Source of the DNA: Candidatus Izemoplasmatales bacterium
GTDB taxonomy: Bacteria > Bacillota_I > Bacilli_A > Izemoplasmatales > Hujiaoplasmataceae
Assembly: GCA_050949045.1 (NCBI GenBank)
Contig: JBMNEZ010000001.1
Coordinates: 672,001 to 736,000, forward strand
DNA: 64,000 nucleotides
Direction: 5' to 3'
Part shown: piece by piece, positions 51,902 through 62,804 of the stretch
How positions within the stretch are numbered: position 1 is the stretch's first letter
Layout: each line of letters starts with the position of its first letter
The notes under the pieces: generated by a model
What the model saw: only the letters and a program-made list of their open reading frames with translations
Database searches by the model: none
Told to the model about the DNA's origin: nothing
Translations under genes and position numbers: made by a program

Positions 51902-52816
51902 CTAGAAAACTTTTTCAAACAGTGTCTTGAGCCGGGATGGCATCCGCTTGACGGAAGTCGCCAAGACCCCCGGCAACAAGGTGACCGCTTCCGCGAAAGC
52001 GAGCTTGCGGATTTTGTTTCGCGGGACACCCTTGAGGTTCATGAAGAGAAAATTGCGACAGATGATGCCGACGCGAAGTGCAAGCAGAGCATTGCCGACA
52101 CCTTGCGCTAATGAACCGAGGATGGTTTTCAAAAACGGTAGCTCCGTCAAGGCGTTGATCCCTTTGGCGGGAAAGAGTTCGTTGAAATTGATTTCTTCCA
52201 GATTTTCAGCGATGATCGCCGATGTCAACACATTGAACGAAAGCCGCCCCAAGGCGGGATAAGATGGTCTGAAACCGCATTTCAAGACCAGTTCTTTGAT
52301 CAATTTCAGATTGATGACAAAGACGGCGATCGCGTCCAGACGGCCATTTTGACTGATCGCTGTCGACAAAAAGACACTCTCGGCATTCTCGATGATGATC
52401 TTGTTCAGTTCCTTTTTGATCGTCGTGTCGAAAATCGTTCCGAGCGAGGCTTTCAAGGCGAGCGCATCATCCTGGCTAGCTATGAGCGAAGCTTTTTCAT
52501 CTTCAGACAGAAAATCCTCGCTTGCGAGGTTTTTGGCAACTCTGCGATACATTTGGAAGTTCTTTCTGGCATTCTCTTCCTCGGTGAACAGGCTGTCCAT
52601 CGAAAAAGTTGGCGAAAATATAATCAAAAACAACGGCCTTAAAACCAGAAGAACAAACAAGACCGCGACGATCAGGTAGAACCCATACGCCACGAACGGA
52701 TGGATTATCTTAAGCCTTTCCCCCAATTGCAAAGTGCTCGACACAATAACGAGAATCGCGAAAAAAATAGCTCCGATTCCGATGGTGATCCAAAATGCCT
52801 TACCGATTTTTTTCAT
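51902..52816 (-). CDS. YcjF/DUF697-like membrane protein
   Basis: Two N-terminal TM; TAISQNGRLDA, CGFRPS, SLAQGVGNALLALRVG resemble the YcjF C-terminal domain. Confidence 0.7.
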   Translation of the reverse strand: MKKIGKAFWITIGIGAIFFAILVIVSSTLQLGERLKIIHPFVAYGFYLIVAVLFVLLVLRPLFLIIFSPTFSMDSLFTEEENARKNFQMYRRVAKNLASEDFLSEDEKASLIASQDDALALKASLGTIFDTTIKKELNKIIIENAESVFLSTAISQNGRLDAIAVFVINLKLIKELVLKCGFRPSYPALGRLSFNVLTSAIIAENLEEINFNELFPAKGINALTELPFLKTILGSLAQGVGNALLALRVGIICRNFLFMNLKGVPRNKIRKLAFAEAVTLLPGVLATSVKRMPSRLKTLFEKVF

Positions 52817-53727
52817 AATTTCCTCCTGGATTTGATGATGTCTTTGACTGTCTGTTCATCTTTTTGCAGTTGAAGAATCAATTTATCTTTTGCAGGGAAG
52901 CCGATCTCTTCCCTGAGAAAACGTTCAAAACTGATCTCGACCTCTTCGTCGTATAATTGTCCGGTAATTCCAAACACATGGGTTTCAAGAGAGATGATGT
53001 CATTTCCGAAAGTCGGATTACATCCGACGTTTGTCATTGAATCGTAGATCAAGCCGTGAATCCGGATCAGGGTATGATAGACACCGATCTTGGGCAAAAA
53101 ATAGCCGTCATAGTCGATATTGGCGGTGGGATAACCGAGGCTCTTGCCTCTGCCCTTACCTGGGATCACCCGTCCCCTAATCGTATATTTGTATCCGAGC
53201 AGCCGATTCGCCAGTCCAATTCGGCCTGACAAAAGCGCTTCTCTAATTCTCCGGGAACCGATCTTTTTACCATAATATTGCATTTCATCGACGACTACTG
53301 TCTTGCTTGGAAATTTTTTCTTTAGAAAATCGACGTTCCCACTCGCGTTCTTACCGAAGGTATAGTCATAACCGACGATTAGTTTATGAGAATCCTGCAA
53401 AAACCTGTCGCTGAATACCTCTGCCGGTAAACCAGCGAGATCGTCATCGACCTCAAGAATGAAACAATAATCAAATCCGACGGTCCTGGCTATGTTGATT
53501 TTGTCTTCAAGCCGTGTGAGAGCATCGTATTTTTGTTTTTTGATATGGGCTAAGATGCTTGAGGAAAAAGTCATGATTCCCGTTTTGGCTCCACTCGATC
53601 TGCCCAGATCGAGCGTGACTTCAAACAAGCGTCGATGGGCGGGATGCATCCCGTCAAAGAAGCCTAGGCAAAGGCAAAGGCCGGCAACAGGCAGGCGGTC
53701 AGTTGCCTTCAAATGGATAATCATCAT
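52813..53727 (-). CDS. ribF: Bifunctional FAD synthetase / riboflavin kinase
   Basis: LGFFDGMH, VGYDYTFG, GRG..LGYPTAN, PKIGVY, NVG.NPTF, ETH, LREE; follows truB. Confidence 0.93.
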   Translation of the reverse strand: MMIIHLKATDRLPVAGLCLCLGFFDGMHPAHRRLFEVTLDLGRSSGAKTGIMTFSSSILAHIKKQKYDALTRLEDKINIARTVGFDYCFILEVDDDLAGLPAEVFSDRFLQDSHKLIVGYDYTFGKNASGNVDFLKKKFPSKTVVVDEMQYYGKKIGSRRIREALLSGRIGLANRLLGYKYTIRGRVIPGKGRGKSLGYPTANIDYDGYFLPKIGVYHTLIRIHGLIYDSMTNVGCNPTFGNDIISLETHVFGITGQLYDEEVEISFERFLREEIGFPAKDKLILQLQKDEQTVKDIIKSRRKL

Positions 53728-54632
53728 ACTAGTTTCACTGACATTCTCATCTTGTCCTTCTCCTCGTCATAACGATAAATCGCTATCGGCTGTTTCTGCT
53801 CATCAAAGATGATGGTTTCCGTTGGAAACGAAAACAGTGTTTTTGGCAATGGAGTGCCGTTGAGGACGGCTTTAATATGTTCATGTCCCAATATTATAGA
53901 AGGCATTTCGAGGGTTTTGAGCGGATCTTGAAAGGCGAAGCTTCCCTGTTCGAGATCAATGAGGGATATGGCATCCGCAACATCGAGTCCGCCTACTTTG
54001 GTCCTTCTGAGCGCTACGAGCGTGCCGCAGGTTTCAAGAATTTTGCCAAGATCACGTGCCAACGCCCTGATGTAGGTTCCCTTAGAGACTTTACAGGAAA
54101 AATTGACGAAGATGAGGCGTTTCTGTTCATCTCTTTGGGTCGTTACGCCTTCGATCGCGTAGATCTCGATCTCTCGAGGCGAGAGTTCCGGCAGAGGCAG
54201 GTTTTGACGGGCGTACTCGTAGAGTTTTTTTCCTTTGACTTTGATGGCGGAGTAAGAGGGTGGAAGTTGCTGGCTCTTGCCGACAAAACCGGCCAGTTTA
54301 TTCGTTATTTCGGAATCGCTTATCCAGAGTGGATCAGCGGTCGCTACTGTATTCCCCATGATATCATCGGTATCGGTTCCGATGCCGAGAACAGCCTGAG
54401 CCTGATAGGTTTTTGTCAAGGCGGTGAGGTATTTGATCAGTTTGGTCGCTTTTCCGACACAAAGGACCAACAATCCGCTCGCAAGTGGATCCAAGGTCCC
54501 TGTATGACCGATCTTTTTGTTGTTCAGTGCTTTTCTCGCTTTAAAAACGATGTCGTGGCTTGTTAGGCCGGACGGCTTGTCGATAAGCAAGAGGCCCCCT
54601 TGTTCAAGGGTTTTGGTCCGATCAGATCGCAT
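53724..54632 (-). CDS. truB: tRNA pseudouridine(55) synthase
   Basis: DKPSGLTSHD, GHTGTLDPLASG, PPSYSAIKVKG..LY..AR, SKGTYIR; start uncertain (54632 or 54641). Confidence 0.96.
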   Translation of the reverse strand: MRSDRTKTLEQGGLLLIDKPSGLTSHDIVFKARKALNNKKIGHTGTLDPLASGLLVLCVGKATKLIKYLTALTKTYQAQAVLGIGTDTDDIMGNTVATADPLWISDSEITNKLAGFVGKSQQLPPSYSAIKVKGKKLYEYARQNLPLPELSPREIEIYAIEGVTTQRDEQKRLIFVNFSCKVSKGTYIRALARDLGKILETCGTLVALRRTKVGGLDVADAISLIDLEQGSFAFQDPLKTLEMPSIILGHEHIKAVLNGTPLPKTLFSFPTETIIFDEQKQPIAIYRYDEEKDKMRMSVKLV

Positions 54633-54927
54633 TGTTGTCAAGTATCCATTGGCGAATTTCCGCTTTTGTCAGCGAGCCGCCGATTCTGCCTATTTCCACA
54701 CCATCATTAGTGATGACGATGATGGGAACACCTTGAATGCAAAAATTCTTCGAAACTAACGGTGAAGATTCGATATCGACGAGAACGCCCTGAAAACCCA
54801 TTTCTTTCTCCAGTTCGCAGAGATATTTGGTAACATTTCGACAAGTCCCGCACCAGCGCGCATAAAACTCGATCACAAAGACGCCATATGCCAAATCAAA
54901 ATCTGGATCTTGATGCAACGATATCAT
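54622..54927 (-). CDS. Thioredoxin family protein
   Basis: EFYARWCGTC active site, IQGVP cis-Pro loop; 101 aa. Confidence 0.85.
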   Translation of the reverse strand: MISLHQDPDFDLAYGVFVIEFYARWCGTCRNVTKYLCELEKEMGFQGVLVDIESSPLVSKNFCIQGVPIIVITNDGVEIGRIGGSLTKAEIRQWILDNNAI

Positions 54928-54939
54928 CTGTTCAACTCC

Positions 54940-57258
54940 TCATTTGAAATAGATGATGGTGACTCCCTGTCCACCCTCATTTTGGCCTCCGGAGCGCGAA
55001 CTCTTGATCTGTTTGTTGTTTTTGATGTATTCGCTCACGCCGTTTCTAAGAGCACCCGTTCCATAACCGTGGATGATCGAGGCGAACTCTAAGTTGTGGA
55101 AAAGACAATCATCGACATATTTATCCAATAGATCCATCGCTTCCTCAAACCGTTTTCCGCGAAGATCGAGTTCCATTGAGGGAGCGCCTTCTTTCAAGAT
55201 TTTGACCGAGGGGCTTTTGTCTTTCTCATCAACGGCTCCTGAATACTCAAGATCCTCTTCGCCAAACACGCCTGTGAGCGCTCCCATCTGGACTTCGAAC
55301 TCATGATCGTTGCGTTTCTTTCTGATGATGCCGATCCGCTGATAAGGAATCACATTCACCGTGTCGCCAATATTAATCACTGTCGTGTTTGTCTTGGTGT
55401 ATTCGGGCTGATCGCCGTTGATCTTCTTGACTTCATGTTTCAGTTTTGCGAGTTCGTGCTCTTTGAAAAGCGCCTGTTTTTTCAGTTGGTCCAGTTCAGC
55501 TATAAGCGCCATGGCATGTTCCTTGGCGGCCTTGATTTCTGCCTGCTTTTTTTGTTCTAAATCCTTGATTATCCGGTTTTGTTTGATCAATCCGTCAGCT
55601 TTCTGTTTGGCAAGTTCGCCGGTTTGCCTCTCCAATTCGCTCTTGAGAATTTCTATGGCTTCAAGCTCTTTCTGCATGTCTTTATACTGTTGTTCAAGTT
55701 TTTTGATCAGATTGGTCGTAGCGTTGTCAAACGTCAGCGACACCTCGCGGGCATGGTTGGTGATGCTTTTTTCGAGCCCGAGCCTTGAGGCGATATCGAT
55801 CGCATTCGAGGTTCCGGGAATACCTATTTGCAGTTTGAAAGTCGGTTTCAAGGAGTCGATGTCAAATTCAACAGAAGCGTTGATGGTGTCTTCAAGGTTG
55901 TAGGCGTAGATTTTGAGTTCGGGATAGTGGGTGGTCACCATAGCGTGCACCCTGTTTTCCCTGAGATGGTCGAGAATGCTCATCGCCAGGCTCGCGCCTT
56001 CCTTGGGATCGGTTCCCGAACCGATTTCGTCAAGCAAAACCAATGACCTGGGCGTAATCTGTTTGAGAATTCTGATGATGTTTTTAATATGGGACGAAAA
56101 AGTCGAAAGCGATTGCTCAATCGATTGTTCGTCACCGATGTCAGCCAGAATATTGTCAAAAACGATCGTCTTCGAGCCCTTGTCGACGGGAATGAAAAAT
56201 CCCGATTGTACCATCAAAGAGAGCAGTCCCAGAGTTTTCAACGCAACGGTTTTCCCGCCGGTGTTCGGCCCGGTGATGACGATCACCCGGTAATTTCCGA
56301 ATCTGATCGTATTCGGAACGACGACATCGCTTGGTATCGCCGGGTGTCTGGCATTGATCAGATTAATTTCGCCGTCGGTGATCTCAACTTTTTCTTCTTT
56401 CTTCTCGATCGCTCTTTTGGCTTTGGCGAAGATGATGTCGAGCCCTGTGAATATCCTGATATTGTTGATCAGGCTGTCGGCTTCGCCCGCAACCGTCTGA
56501 CTAAGCCGATAGAGAATCCGCGAAATTGCTTCCTGCTCTTCAATCGACAGCGTTTGCAATTGATTGTTGAGATCGACGCAAGCAAGCGGTTCGATGAATA
56601 GGGTCTCCTTGCTTGCGGACATGTCATGGACGATGCCCTTGACACTGTTCTTGTATTCGGCCCTCACGGGAAGGACAAGCCGGTTGTTTCTGATAGTTAT
56701 CAATATGTCTGTCAGTTTGGCGGCTTCCTGGTTGAGCAGGCTTTCCATTCTCTCATTGAGACGCTTTTCGGTGGTGACGAGTTTCTTCCTGATCTGTGCC
56801 AGTTCAGGCGAAGCGTTGTCGACGACATACCCCTTTTGATCAATGGCCGTCTCGATCTCTGATTTGATTTTATTATGAGTGACAAGTGCGTCATAATAAT
56901 GGTCTAAAATCTGAGAGGGGATCTCCAACATTCTGACCTTCTTGATGTATTTCTCGGTTCTTTGTTCAGCCTCAACCAGCGAGACGACTCTTAGAAGTTC
57001 CTCAATAGAGAGGATTGAGCCGATCCTCGCCCGCCTGATCGCATCTTCAACGTCGAGAACTCCCGTCATTGGCGTTTCGTCATAACGCTCGATCAGCGTC
57101 TTGGCGCACTCGACTTCCTCGAGCATCGAAACGATCCCGATTTTGTCATTGATAGGCCTGATCTTCAAGATTTCAGCTTTGGCCATATCTGTTAGTGCGT
57201 ATGACTTAATCTCGTTCAAAACGCGATCGTATTCGAGAATATCGGTATCAGCGAACAT
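54940..57258 (-). CDS. mutS2: MutS2 (with C-terminal Smr domain)
   Basis: GIVHD.SAS..T.FIEP, ITGPNTGGKT, DIGDEQSIEQSLSTFSSH, DEIGSGTDP, TTHY, LDLRG...IIHGYGTG. Confidence 0.96.
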   Translation of the reverse strand: MFADTDILEYDRVLNEIKSYALTDMAKAEILKIRPINDKIGIVSMLEEVECAKTLIERYDETPMTGVLDVEDAIRRARIGSILSIEELLRVVSLVEAEQRTEKYIKKVRMLEIPSQILDHYYDALVTHNKIKSEIETAIDQKGYVVDNASPELAQIRKKLVTTEKRLNERMESLLNQEAAKLTDILITIRNNRLVLPVRAEYKNSVKGIVHDMSASKETLFIEPLACVDLNNQLQTLSIEEQEAISRILYRLSQTVAGEADSLINNIRIFTGLDIIFAKAKRAIEKKEEKVEITDGEINLINARHPAIPSDVVVPNTIRFGNYRVIVITGPNTGGKTVALKTLGLLSLMVQSGFFIPVDKGSKTIVFDNILADIGDEQSIEQSLSTFSSHIKNIIRILKQITPRSLVLLDEIGSGTDPKEGASLAMSILDHLRENRVHAMVTTHYPELKIYAYNLEDTINASVEFDIDSLKPTFKLQIGIPGTSNAIDIASRLGLEKSITNHAREVSLTFDNATTNLIKKLEQQYKDMQKELEAIEILKSELERQTGELAKQKADGLIKQNRIIKDLEQKKQAEIKAAKEHAMALIAELDQLKKQALFKEHELAKLKHEVKKINGDQPEYTKTNTTVINIGDTVNVIPYQRIGIIRKKRNDHEFEVQMGALTGVFGEEDLEYSGAVDEKDKSPSVKILKEGAPSMELDLRGKRFEEAMDLLDKYVDDCLFHNLEFASIIHGYGTGALRNGVSEYIKNNKQIKSSRSGGQNEGGQGVTIIYFK

Positions 57259-57326
57259 TATTTCACCTTCATTCGCTACTATTTTACCACAAACAGTGTT
57301 AAAATATACTATTAGGAAGTGATAGT

Positions 57327-58247
57327 GTGAATTACGTTTTTCAGGTTACCGAAAAAGACCAACACATTTTGTTGGATTATTATTCTGACATCATGGTTGA
57401 ACCGGGTTCGGAACACGTTGCCTATCTGTTCAAATCGGATGATATCACGGTCACCCTTTACAAAACGGGAAAGGTTGTACTTCAAGGCCCGAGCTCCCGG
57501 GACGATTATTTGATGTTTTCCGAAGTGCTTGGTTTCACCCCCATCAAAGAACCGCCCCTGAAAGAAGAAACGCAAAAATCTGACAGGCCCTATCCGGAAA
57601 AACGAATCAAGGCCATCGGCTCCGACGAAGTCGGCACCGGTGATTTTTTCGGCCCGGTAGTCGTTTGCGCAACCTATCTCACCCCCGGTGATTACGCGTT
57701 CCTAGAATCAGAGGGCGTCAAAGACAGCAAGTCGCTCACGGATGAACAAATCACCTCCATCGCTTCTCTGATTATCCCGCGGATTTCCCACCAAATCCTC
57801 GTGACCGACAACCATAAATATAACGATCTTATCCGTCTGGGATACAATATGAACAAGATCAAAGCCTACCTTCACAATCACGCCATCTTGAAACTCGTTT
57901 CCCGCCACAAGGGCGATGTCGAGAAAGTGATCGTCGACGAATTCTGTTCAAAAAACCACTATTTCGCTTATCTCAAAGACAAGCAAGTCTATGAGAACAT
58001 CATCTTTCAGACTGAGGCCGAATCAAAGTACCTATCTGTGGCCGCAGCGTCGATCATCGCCCGCGATGCTTTTCTAAAGGAAATGGCCATTTTGAGCGAT
58101 AAAATAGGAATCAGACTGCCGCTCGGAGCCGGCCCGGCTGTCGATCTGATCGGCAAGCGCATCGCGCTTGAGAAAGGCTTCTCTGTCTTTGACCAGATTG
58201 CCAAGTGCAATTTCAAAAACCTGGAAAAAATCAAAGCGATGATGTGA
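57327..58247 (+). CDS. rnhC: Ribonuclease HIII
   Basis: N-terminal TBP-like domain (YKTGKVVLQG), IGSDEVGTGDFFGP, GVKDSK, VAAASIIAR; divergent from mutS2 as in Bacillus. Confidence 0.95.
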   Translation: MNYVFQVTEKDQHILLDYYSDIMVEPGSEHVAYLFKSDDITVTLYKTGKVVLQGPSSRDDYLMFSEVLGFTPIKEPPLKEETQKSDRPYPEKRIKAIGSDEVGTGDFFGPVVVCATYLTPGDYAFLESEGVKDSKSLTDEQITSIASLIIPRISHQILVTDNHKYNDLIRLGYNMNKIKAYLHNHAILKLVSRHKGDVEKVIVDEFCSKNHYFAYLKDKQVYENIIFQTEAESKYLSVAAASIIARDAFLKEMAILSDKIGIRLPLGAGPAVDLIGKRIALEKGFSVFDQIAKCNFKNLEKIKAMM

Positions 58248-58395
58248 TTATCAAAACGCAATATACTGCCAAGTACGGAAAAGTCGTTCTTTACAGTGTA
58301 AACAAACGAGATTTCACTTTTTTTGAAACTTACAAAACCTGCATCCTGGGTATATTGACAAATTCTTAAACGTGCAACTAATCACTCAGTAAGGA

Positions 58396-58425
58396 CTCGT
58401 TTTCAATCCGAAAACGAGGCTTTTT
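58396..58425 (+). terminator. Intrinsic terminator downstream of rnhC
   Basis: CTCGTTTTC-AATCC-GAAAACGAG followed by GCTTTTT. Confidence 0.65.
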
Positions 58426-58550
58426 ATTAATTGTTTATGGATAATGTCAAGTAGATTATCATACATAAAATCGCATCCATGTTCCTACTTCATTGGCACC
58501 GTCTTGATGAAGACACGAACGGATAGTTTTAAGGTGGGCCTGTCTATAGC

Positions 58551-58576
58551 ATAAAGAAAAGACCGCTTTCGCGATC
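58551..58576 (-). terminator. Terminator after rluD
   Basis: GATCGC-GAAA-GCGGTC followed by TTTTCTTT on minus. Confidence 0.7.
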
Positions 58577-59498
58577 ATATCCTCTGTAATCGATTGAGCA
58601 TTCGGGAGAACTCTTCCGGTAACGGAGCCGTGTATTCCATCCACTTGCCGGAGACTGGATGGGTGAAGCCGATGGTCTCGGCGTGAAGATACTGACCGAA
58701 GCCGAATTCTGACTTTTTTTTGCCATAAACATGATCGCCTAGAAGTGGATGCCCGATATAAGTCATATGGACTCTGATCTGATGGGTCCTTCCCGTTTCC
58801 AGACGACATTCGACAAAGGTATGGTTTTGAAATCTGGCGATGACGTGGAAATGCGTGACCGCCGGTTTCCCGGTGTCGGTGACCGCCATCTTCTTGCGAT
58901 CCTGTTTGTCTCTGCCGATCGGCGCTTCAATCACTCCCGCCTGATTCAGGATCACGCCTTCCACAAGCGCTTTGTAGATTCGCTTTGTTTTCTTGTCCTT
59001 GAGTTCGTTTTGGAGTGCCTGATGCGCAAAATCGGTCTTGGCTACCATCAAAACACCGCTCGTGTCCTTGTCAATCCGATGGATGATCCCCGGCCGGAGA
59101 TTCCCGCTTGACGCAGACAAAGACTGAAAATGATATAACAAAGCATTGACAAGTGTTCCGCGATAATGCCCCGGCGCCGGGTGGACAACCATTCCCGATG
59201 GCTTGTTTACGACAACGAGGTCGTTATCCTCATAAATGATATCAAGCGGGATCGCCTCGGGCAAGATGTCTTGCTCGGAAAGCGGCAACTCATTGAATTC
59301 GATCAAATCACCGTTTTTGACTTTATAACTCGCCTTGACGATGTCGCCGTTCACAAGAACGAGATTGGCTGCCAGCATCTTCTGGACCGTCGTTCTCGAC
59401 AAATCGGTCGAAACCGTGGTCAGAAACTTATCGATCCGTTCACATTTGTCGTTTTCGTTGACCAAATATTCAAAAGCATATTCAGTTGAACTGATCAT
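58575..59498 (-). CDS. rluD: RluA/RluD family pseudouridine synthase
   Basis: S4 domain, NKPSGMVVHP, RPGIIHRIDKDTSG, LETGRTHQIRVH; follows lspA. Confidence 0.93.
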   Translation of the reverse strand: MISSTEYAFEYLVNENDKCERIDKFLTTVSTDLSRTTVQKMLAANLVLVNGDIVKASYKVKNGDLIEFNELPLSEQDILPEAIPLDIIYEDNDLVVVNKPSGMVVHPAPGHYRGTLVNALLYHFQSLSASSGNLRPGIIHRIDKDTSGVLMVAKTDFAHQALQNELKDKKTKRIYKALVEGVILNQAGVIEAPIGRDKQDRKKMAVTDTGKPAVTHFHVIARFQNHTFVECRLETGRTHQIRVHMTYIGHPLLGDHVYGKKKSEFGFGQYLHAETIGFTHPVSGKWMEYTAPLPEEFSRMLNRLQRI

Positions 59499-59983
59499 GA
59501 TTTAGTTCTCCGTTTTGGCTCGAGGAAAATTGTGTCGATAATAAAAGCGATGAGGCCGATTGTCAAACATATGTCAGCCACATTGAAAATATATGGCCAG
59601 ATGCCCCGAAAATCGATAAAGTCGATCACCCGGTGATCCGACTGGAAAATCCGATCAATCGTGTTTCCGATCGAGCCCGCAATTAACAAGGTAATCGCCA
59701 TGGTATAGAAACATTTACGCCGGTCTTTGAAATCGTTCTTGAAGAACAAATAGCCAAAAATCGCGATGGCCACAATAAAAGTCGCAATAAAGAAGTAAAG
59801 GGGAAACCCGCGGTCGCCGCCGATGCCGAACACCGCTCCCGGATTGCGGGAATAGGTAAAATGGAAAAACCCGTCGATGACGGGCAAGGTCGCCCCCTCA
59901 GCGGGGAAATAGTTTACGACCCATAGTTTTGTCAGTTGGTCCAAGACAACCAGAAAAACTAAGAGGATCAGCCAAAAAACCAT
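59495..59983 (-). CDS. lspA: Lipoprotein signal peptidase II
   Basis: DQLTK, NPGAVFG, GSIGNTIDR, VIDFI, FNVAD. Confidence 0.96.
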   Translation of the reverse strand: MVFWLILLVFLVVLDQLTKLWVVNYFPAEGATLPVIDGFFHFTYSRNPGAVFGIGGDRGFPLYFFIATFIVAIAIFGYLFFKNDFKDRRKCFYTMAITLLIAGSIGNTIDRIFQSDHRVIDFIDFRGIWPYIFNVADICLTIGLIAFIIDTIFLEPKRRTKS

Positions 59984-59996
59984 GTCACACCTCTTC

Positions 59997-60365
59997 TCAT
60001 ACGAGCCAAATCGGGATCATCACGAACAGAATCACTAGACCGATCGCAAGCAATAAGACGCTTATCGCCAGCATGGGCGGATTGAAAACCTTCCCGATCA
60101 GCTCTCCCGCTTCCCTGTCTTTCATGACCAAAGCCTTTTTAAGAAGCCGATGGAAAAGGATGTTATAGAACAAAGCCGCAACGATCAATAGGATTGCGAA
60201 GATCCTGACTTTGAACATATACACAACCATCAGTTCGACAAGAATGATAATGACCGGTATCATAACGAGCGAACTGAATATAAAAGAACCGATCACAGCG
60301 TCGATAATCGCCTTTGTTTGAAAACGCTCTTTTAATTGTTTCAAATTGTTAAAATAGGTTTTCAT
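59997..60365 (-). CDS. Hypothetical 3-TM membrane protein
   Basis: Three hydrophobic segments; tightly packed in the operon. Confidence 0.7.
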   Translation of the reverse strand: MKTYFNNLKQLKERFQTKAIIDAVIGSFIFSSLVMIPVIIILVELMVVYMFKVRIFAILLIVAALFYNILFHRLLKKALVMKDREAGELIGKVFNPPMLAISVLLLAIGLVILFVMIPIWLV

Positions 60366-60367
60366 CG

Positions 60368-61420
60368 TCAGTCATCCAGTCCTTCCAGGTAGTCGATGGC
60401 ATCTTGGAAACTAGCGATGGGAACGAGCCAACTTTCATATTCAATCCCATAAGCCTCGCAGACGTTGACTGCCTCGAGATAATTGTCATAGCTGACGTCA
60501 CCGAGATAGGGTATGAAAAAGACATCGACTTTGCTTTCATAAGCCGTGATGATCTTTTGCTTGACGCCGCCGATATACCCGACCGACCCATCATAGTTGA
60601 TCGTTCCGGTTCCGGCAATTTTCAAGCCATGGGTGATATCGTGATCGGAGAGCATATTGTATATCGAAAGCGTCTGTAACAATCCTCCCGAGGGGCCGCC
60701 GATGTTGGAATCGGTAAGCCGGTAGCGGGGAAAAGTCGTCTCGCTATTCACAAGATAGTAATTCTTGAATGTGATTCCAAAAACACCCGCATCGGGATCT
60801 TTGGTGAGGGCGAGTGTATAGGTTTCACCAACGTTGTTCTTGAAGGTAAAGTCATAAGGCCCGGCGGTCGAAGCCACGCTGGCGATTTCCGAAATCTGGT
60901 TGACAATGACGCCGTTGTCGCCTTTGAAGGAAACGAATTCATCGCCAAAAGCGATGCTTTCATAGTGATCGAGATAGGTTGCTTTTCCAAAAACCATCGT
61001 CTTAGCCTGATAATCGATGACGATATCCGGATTGACCTCGCTGATCGCTTCGTAGGCGACAATGATCGCCGCATTGACCGAAATATGCTTGTCCTGATAA
61101 CTGATCTGGCTAATCTCCTCATTGGAATAGGTTTGATAATTGGTAGGCAAAACCATCAGATCGGCGTATTTGTTAAAATATCCCGCAAGGAACATGAAGA
61201 TCGTCGGTCTCGGGATCCCCATCACGAATGTTGTCGAGATCGAACCTTCAATGACCTTGTCCTCGTTGTATTCGATCTCGATCAGATCTTCGACCTCCGA
61301 CAAACCGCCTGGGGATTGGACATAGTATTCTATCGGATAGGCAAGCAAAAAGAGCAAAAACAGATAGGGAATAAATAAATATTTAATGGCATGGCGGTAT
61401 GCTCTGATGAGTTCGTTCAT
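60368..61420 (-). CDS. ylbL: YlbL-like membrane-anchored S16 (Lon-type) serine protease
   Basis: N-terminal [18 protein letters not shown] (Ser), IAGTGTI..DGSVG.IGGVKQK (Lys). Confidence 0.85.
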   Translation of the reverse strand: MNELIRAYRHAIKYLFIPYLFLLFLLAYPIEYYVQSPGGLSEVEDLIEIEYNEDKVIEGSISTTFVMGIPRPTIFMFLAGYFNKYADLMVLPTNYQTYSNEEISQISYQDKHISVNAAIIVAYEAISEVNPDIVIDYQAKTMVFGKATYLDHYESIAFGDEFVSFKGDNGVIVNQISEIASVASTAGPYDFTFKNNVGETYTLALTKDPDAGVFGITFKNYYLVNSETTFPRYRLTDSNIGGPSGGLLQTLSIYNMLSDHDITHGLKIAGTGTINYDGSVGYIGGVKQKIITAYESKVDVFFIPYLGDVSYDNYLEAVNVCEAYGIEYESWLVPIASFQDAIDYLEGLDD

Positions 61421-61890
61421 TTCCTAATGACCTCAAGGCCAAAGTTTTCCAGTTTGCGGTGTTTGACCTTTGCGGCGGCGAACAGCCTCTTGGCAGCCTG
61501 GTCTTGATCGGTCCCCAAATACTTGTCCTCAAGATAGATGACCTCGCAGATTCCCGACTGGATGATCAGCTTGGCGCATTCGTTACAGGGAAAAAGCGTC
61601 ACATATATCCTCGCTCCCTCCAAACTGACGCTGGAATTTAAGATTGCGTTCGGCTCCGCATGAACGACATAGGCATACTTGGTTTCTAGAAATGAGCCTT
61701 CGCGCTCCCAAGGAAAGTCATCATCGTCGCAGCCGACGGGGAAGCCGTTATAGCCAATCCCGACGATCCTGTTCTTCTGGTTGACGATACAGGCACCGAC
61801 TTGGGAGGAGTCATCCTTGCTGCGCATACTCGAAAGTTTAGCGACCCCCATGAAATAATCGTCCCAACTCAAATAATCTTTGCGCTTCAC
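61417..61890 (-). CDS. dCMP deaminase
   Basis: SWDDYFM, RSKD, VGACIV, GYNG, HAE, PCNEC; GTG 61890 overlaps psuG stop. Confidence 0.92.
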   Translation of the reverse strand: MKRKDYLSWDDYFMGVAKLSSMRSKDDSSQVGACIVNQKNRIVGIGYNGFPVGCDDDDFPWEREGSFLETKYAYVVHAEPNAILNSSVSLEGARIYVTLFPCNECAKLIIQSGICEVIYLEDKYLGTDQDQAAKRLFAAAKVKHRKLENFGLEVIRK

Positions 61891-62804
61891 TTTGTTTTCC
61901 CTCGCTTCCAATAGGCGACTGCCAACCTGGCAGCCAGTTCCGCATTGTTGTAAACAAGGCGGCGATTCGCCTCAAGGCTCTTGCCTTTCGTGATCTCGTT
62001 GATCTTTTCTAATAGGAAAGGCGTCACGTTTTTACCAGTGATTTTTAAAGATTCGGCCTTTGTGATCGCCTCCCGGATCGCTTCGTCGATCAAGGCTTTG
62101 CTGATAGAAAATTGCTCTGGGATCGGGTTGGCGATCAACACACCGGTCTGGTAACCGAGTCTATCCTTCTCAATGATGAAATCAACAATATCATTATAGT
62201 TGTCGTATCGATAATTGACCGGCAAGGTACCCTCGTTTGTGAAGAACTCCGGGAAAGTGTCGGTCTTATAACCGATGACCGGAACGCTTTTTGTTTCCAA
62301 ATATTCAAGTGTTCTGGGTAGATCGAGGATGGATTTCGCCCCCGCTGCGACAACTGCCACGTTGGTCACTGCCAATTCTTCCAGATCCTGGCTCAAATCA
62401 AGGGTGGTTTCATATCCGCGATGGACACCGCCGATGCCACCGGTCGCAAAAAACTTGATGCCCACTTCCTTGGCAATCATCATTGTGGCGGCGACCGTCA
62501 GGGCGCCGTCCAGCTTGTTTTGGATGACATAAGGCAAATCACGTCTGCTGGTTTTGTAAACCTTCAACCCTTGCTTGCCGATGTATTCGATCTCGTCAAT
62601 CGACAAGCCAACGATGATCTCGCCCTTGATGATGGCGATCGTCACCGGAATAGCACCGTTGTCACGGACGACATTCTCACAGGCGATTGCTGTTTCGACG
62701 TTCTTGGGGTAGGGCATACCGTGAGCGATGATTGTCGACTCAAGCGCAACCATCGGTGCTTTTTCCTTGAACGCCTTTTGTATTTCGGGGTGTATTTTAT
62801 ACAT
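61887..62804 (-). CDS. psuG: Pseudouridine-5'-phosphate glycosidase
   Basis: [52 protein letters not shown]. Confidence 0.96.
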   Translation of the reverse strand: MYKIHPEIQKAFKEKAPMVALESTIIAHGMPYPKNVETAIACENVVRDNGAIPVTIAIIKGEIIVGLSIDEIEYIGKQGLKVYKTSRRDLPYVIQNKLDGALTVAATMMIAKEVGIKFFATGGIGGVHRGYETTLDLSQDLEELAVTNVAVVAAGAKSILDLPRTLEYLETKSVPVIGYKTDTFPEFFTNEGTLPVNYRYDNYNDIVDFIIEKDRLGYQTGVLIANPIPEQFSISKALIDEAIREAITKAESLKITGKNVTPFLLEKINEITKGKSLEANRRLVYNNAELAARLAVAYWKRGKTK

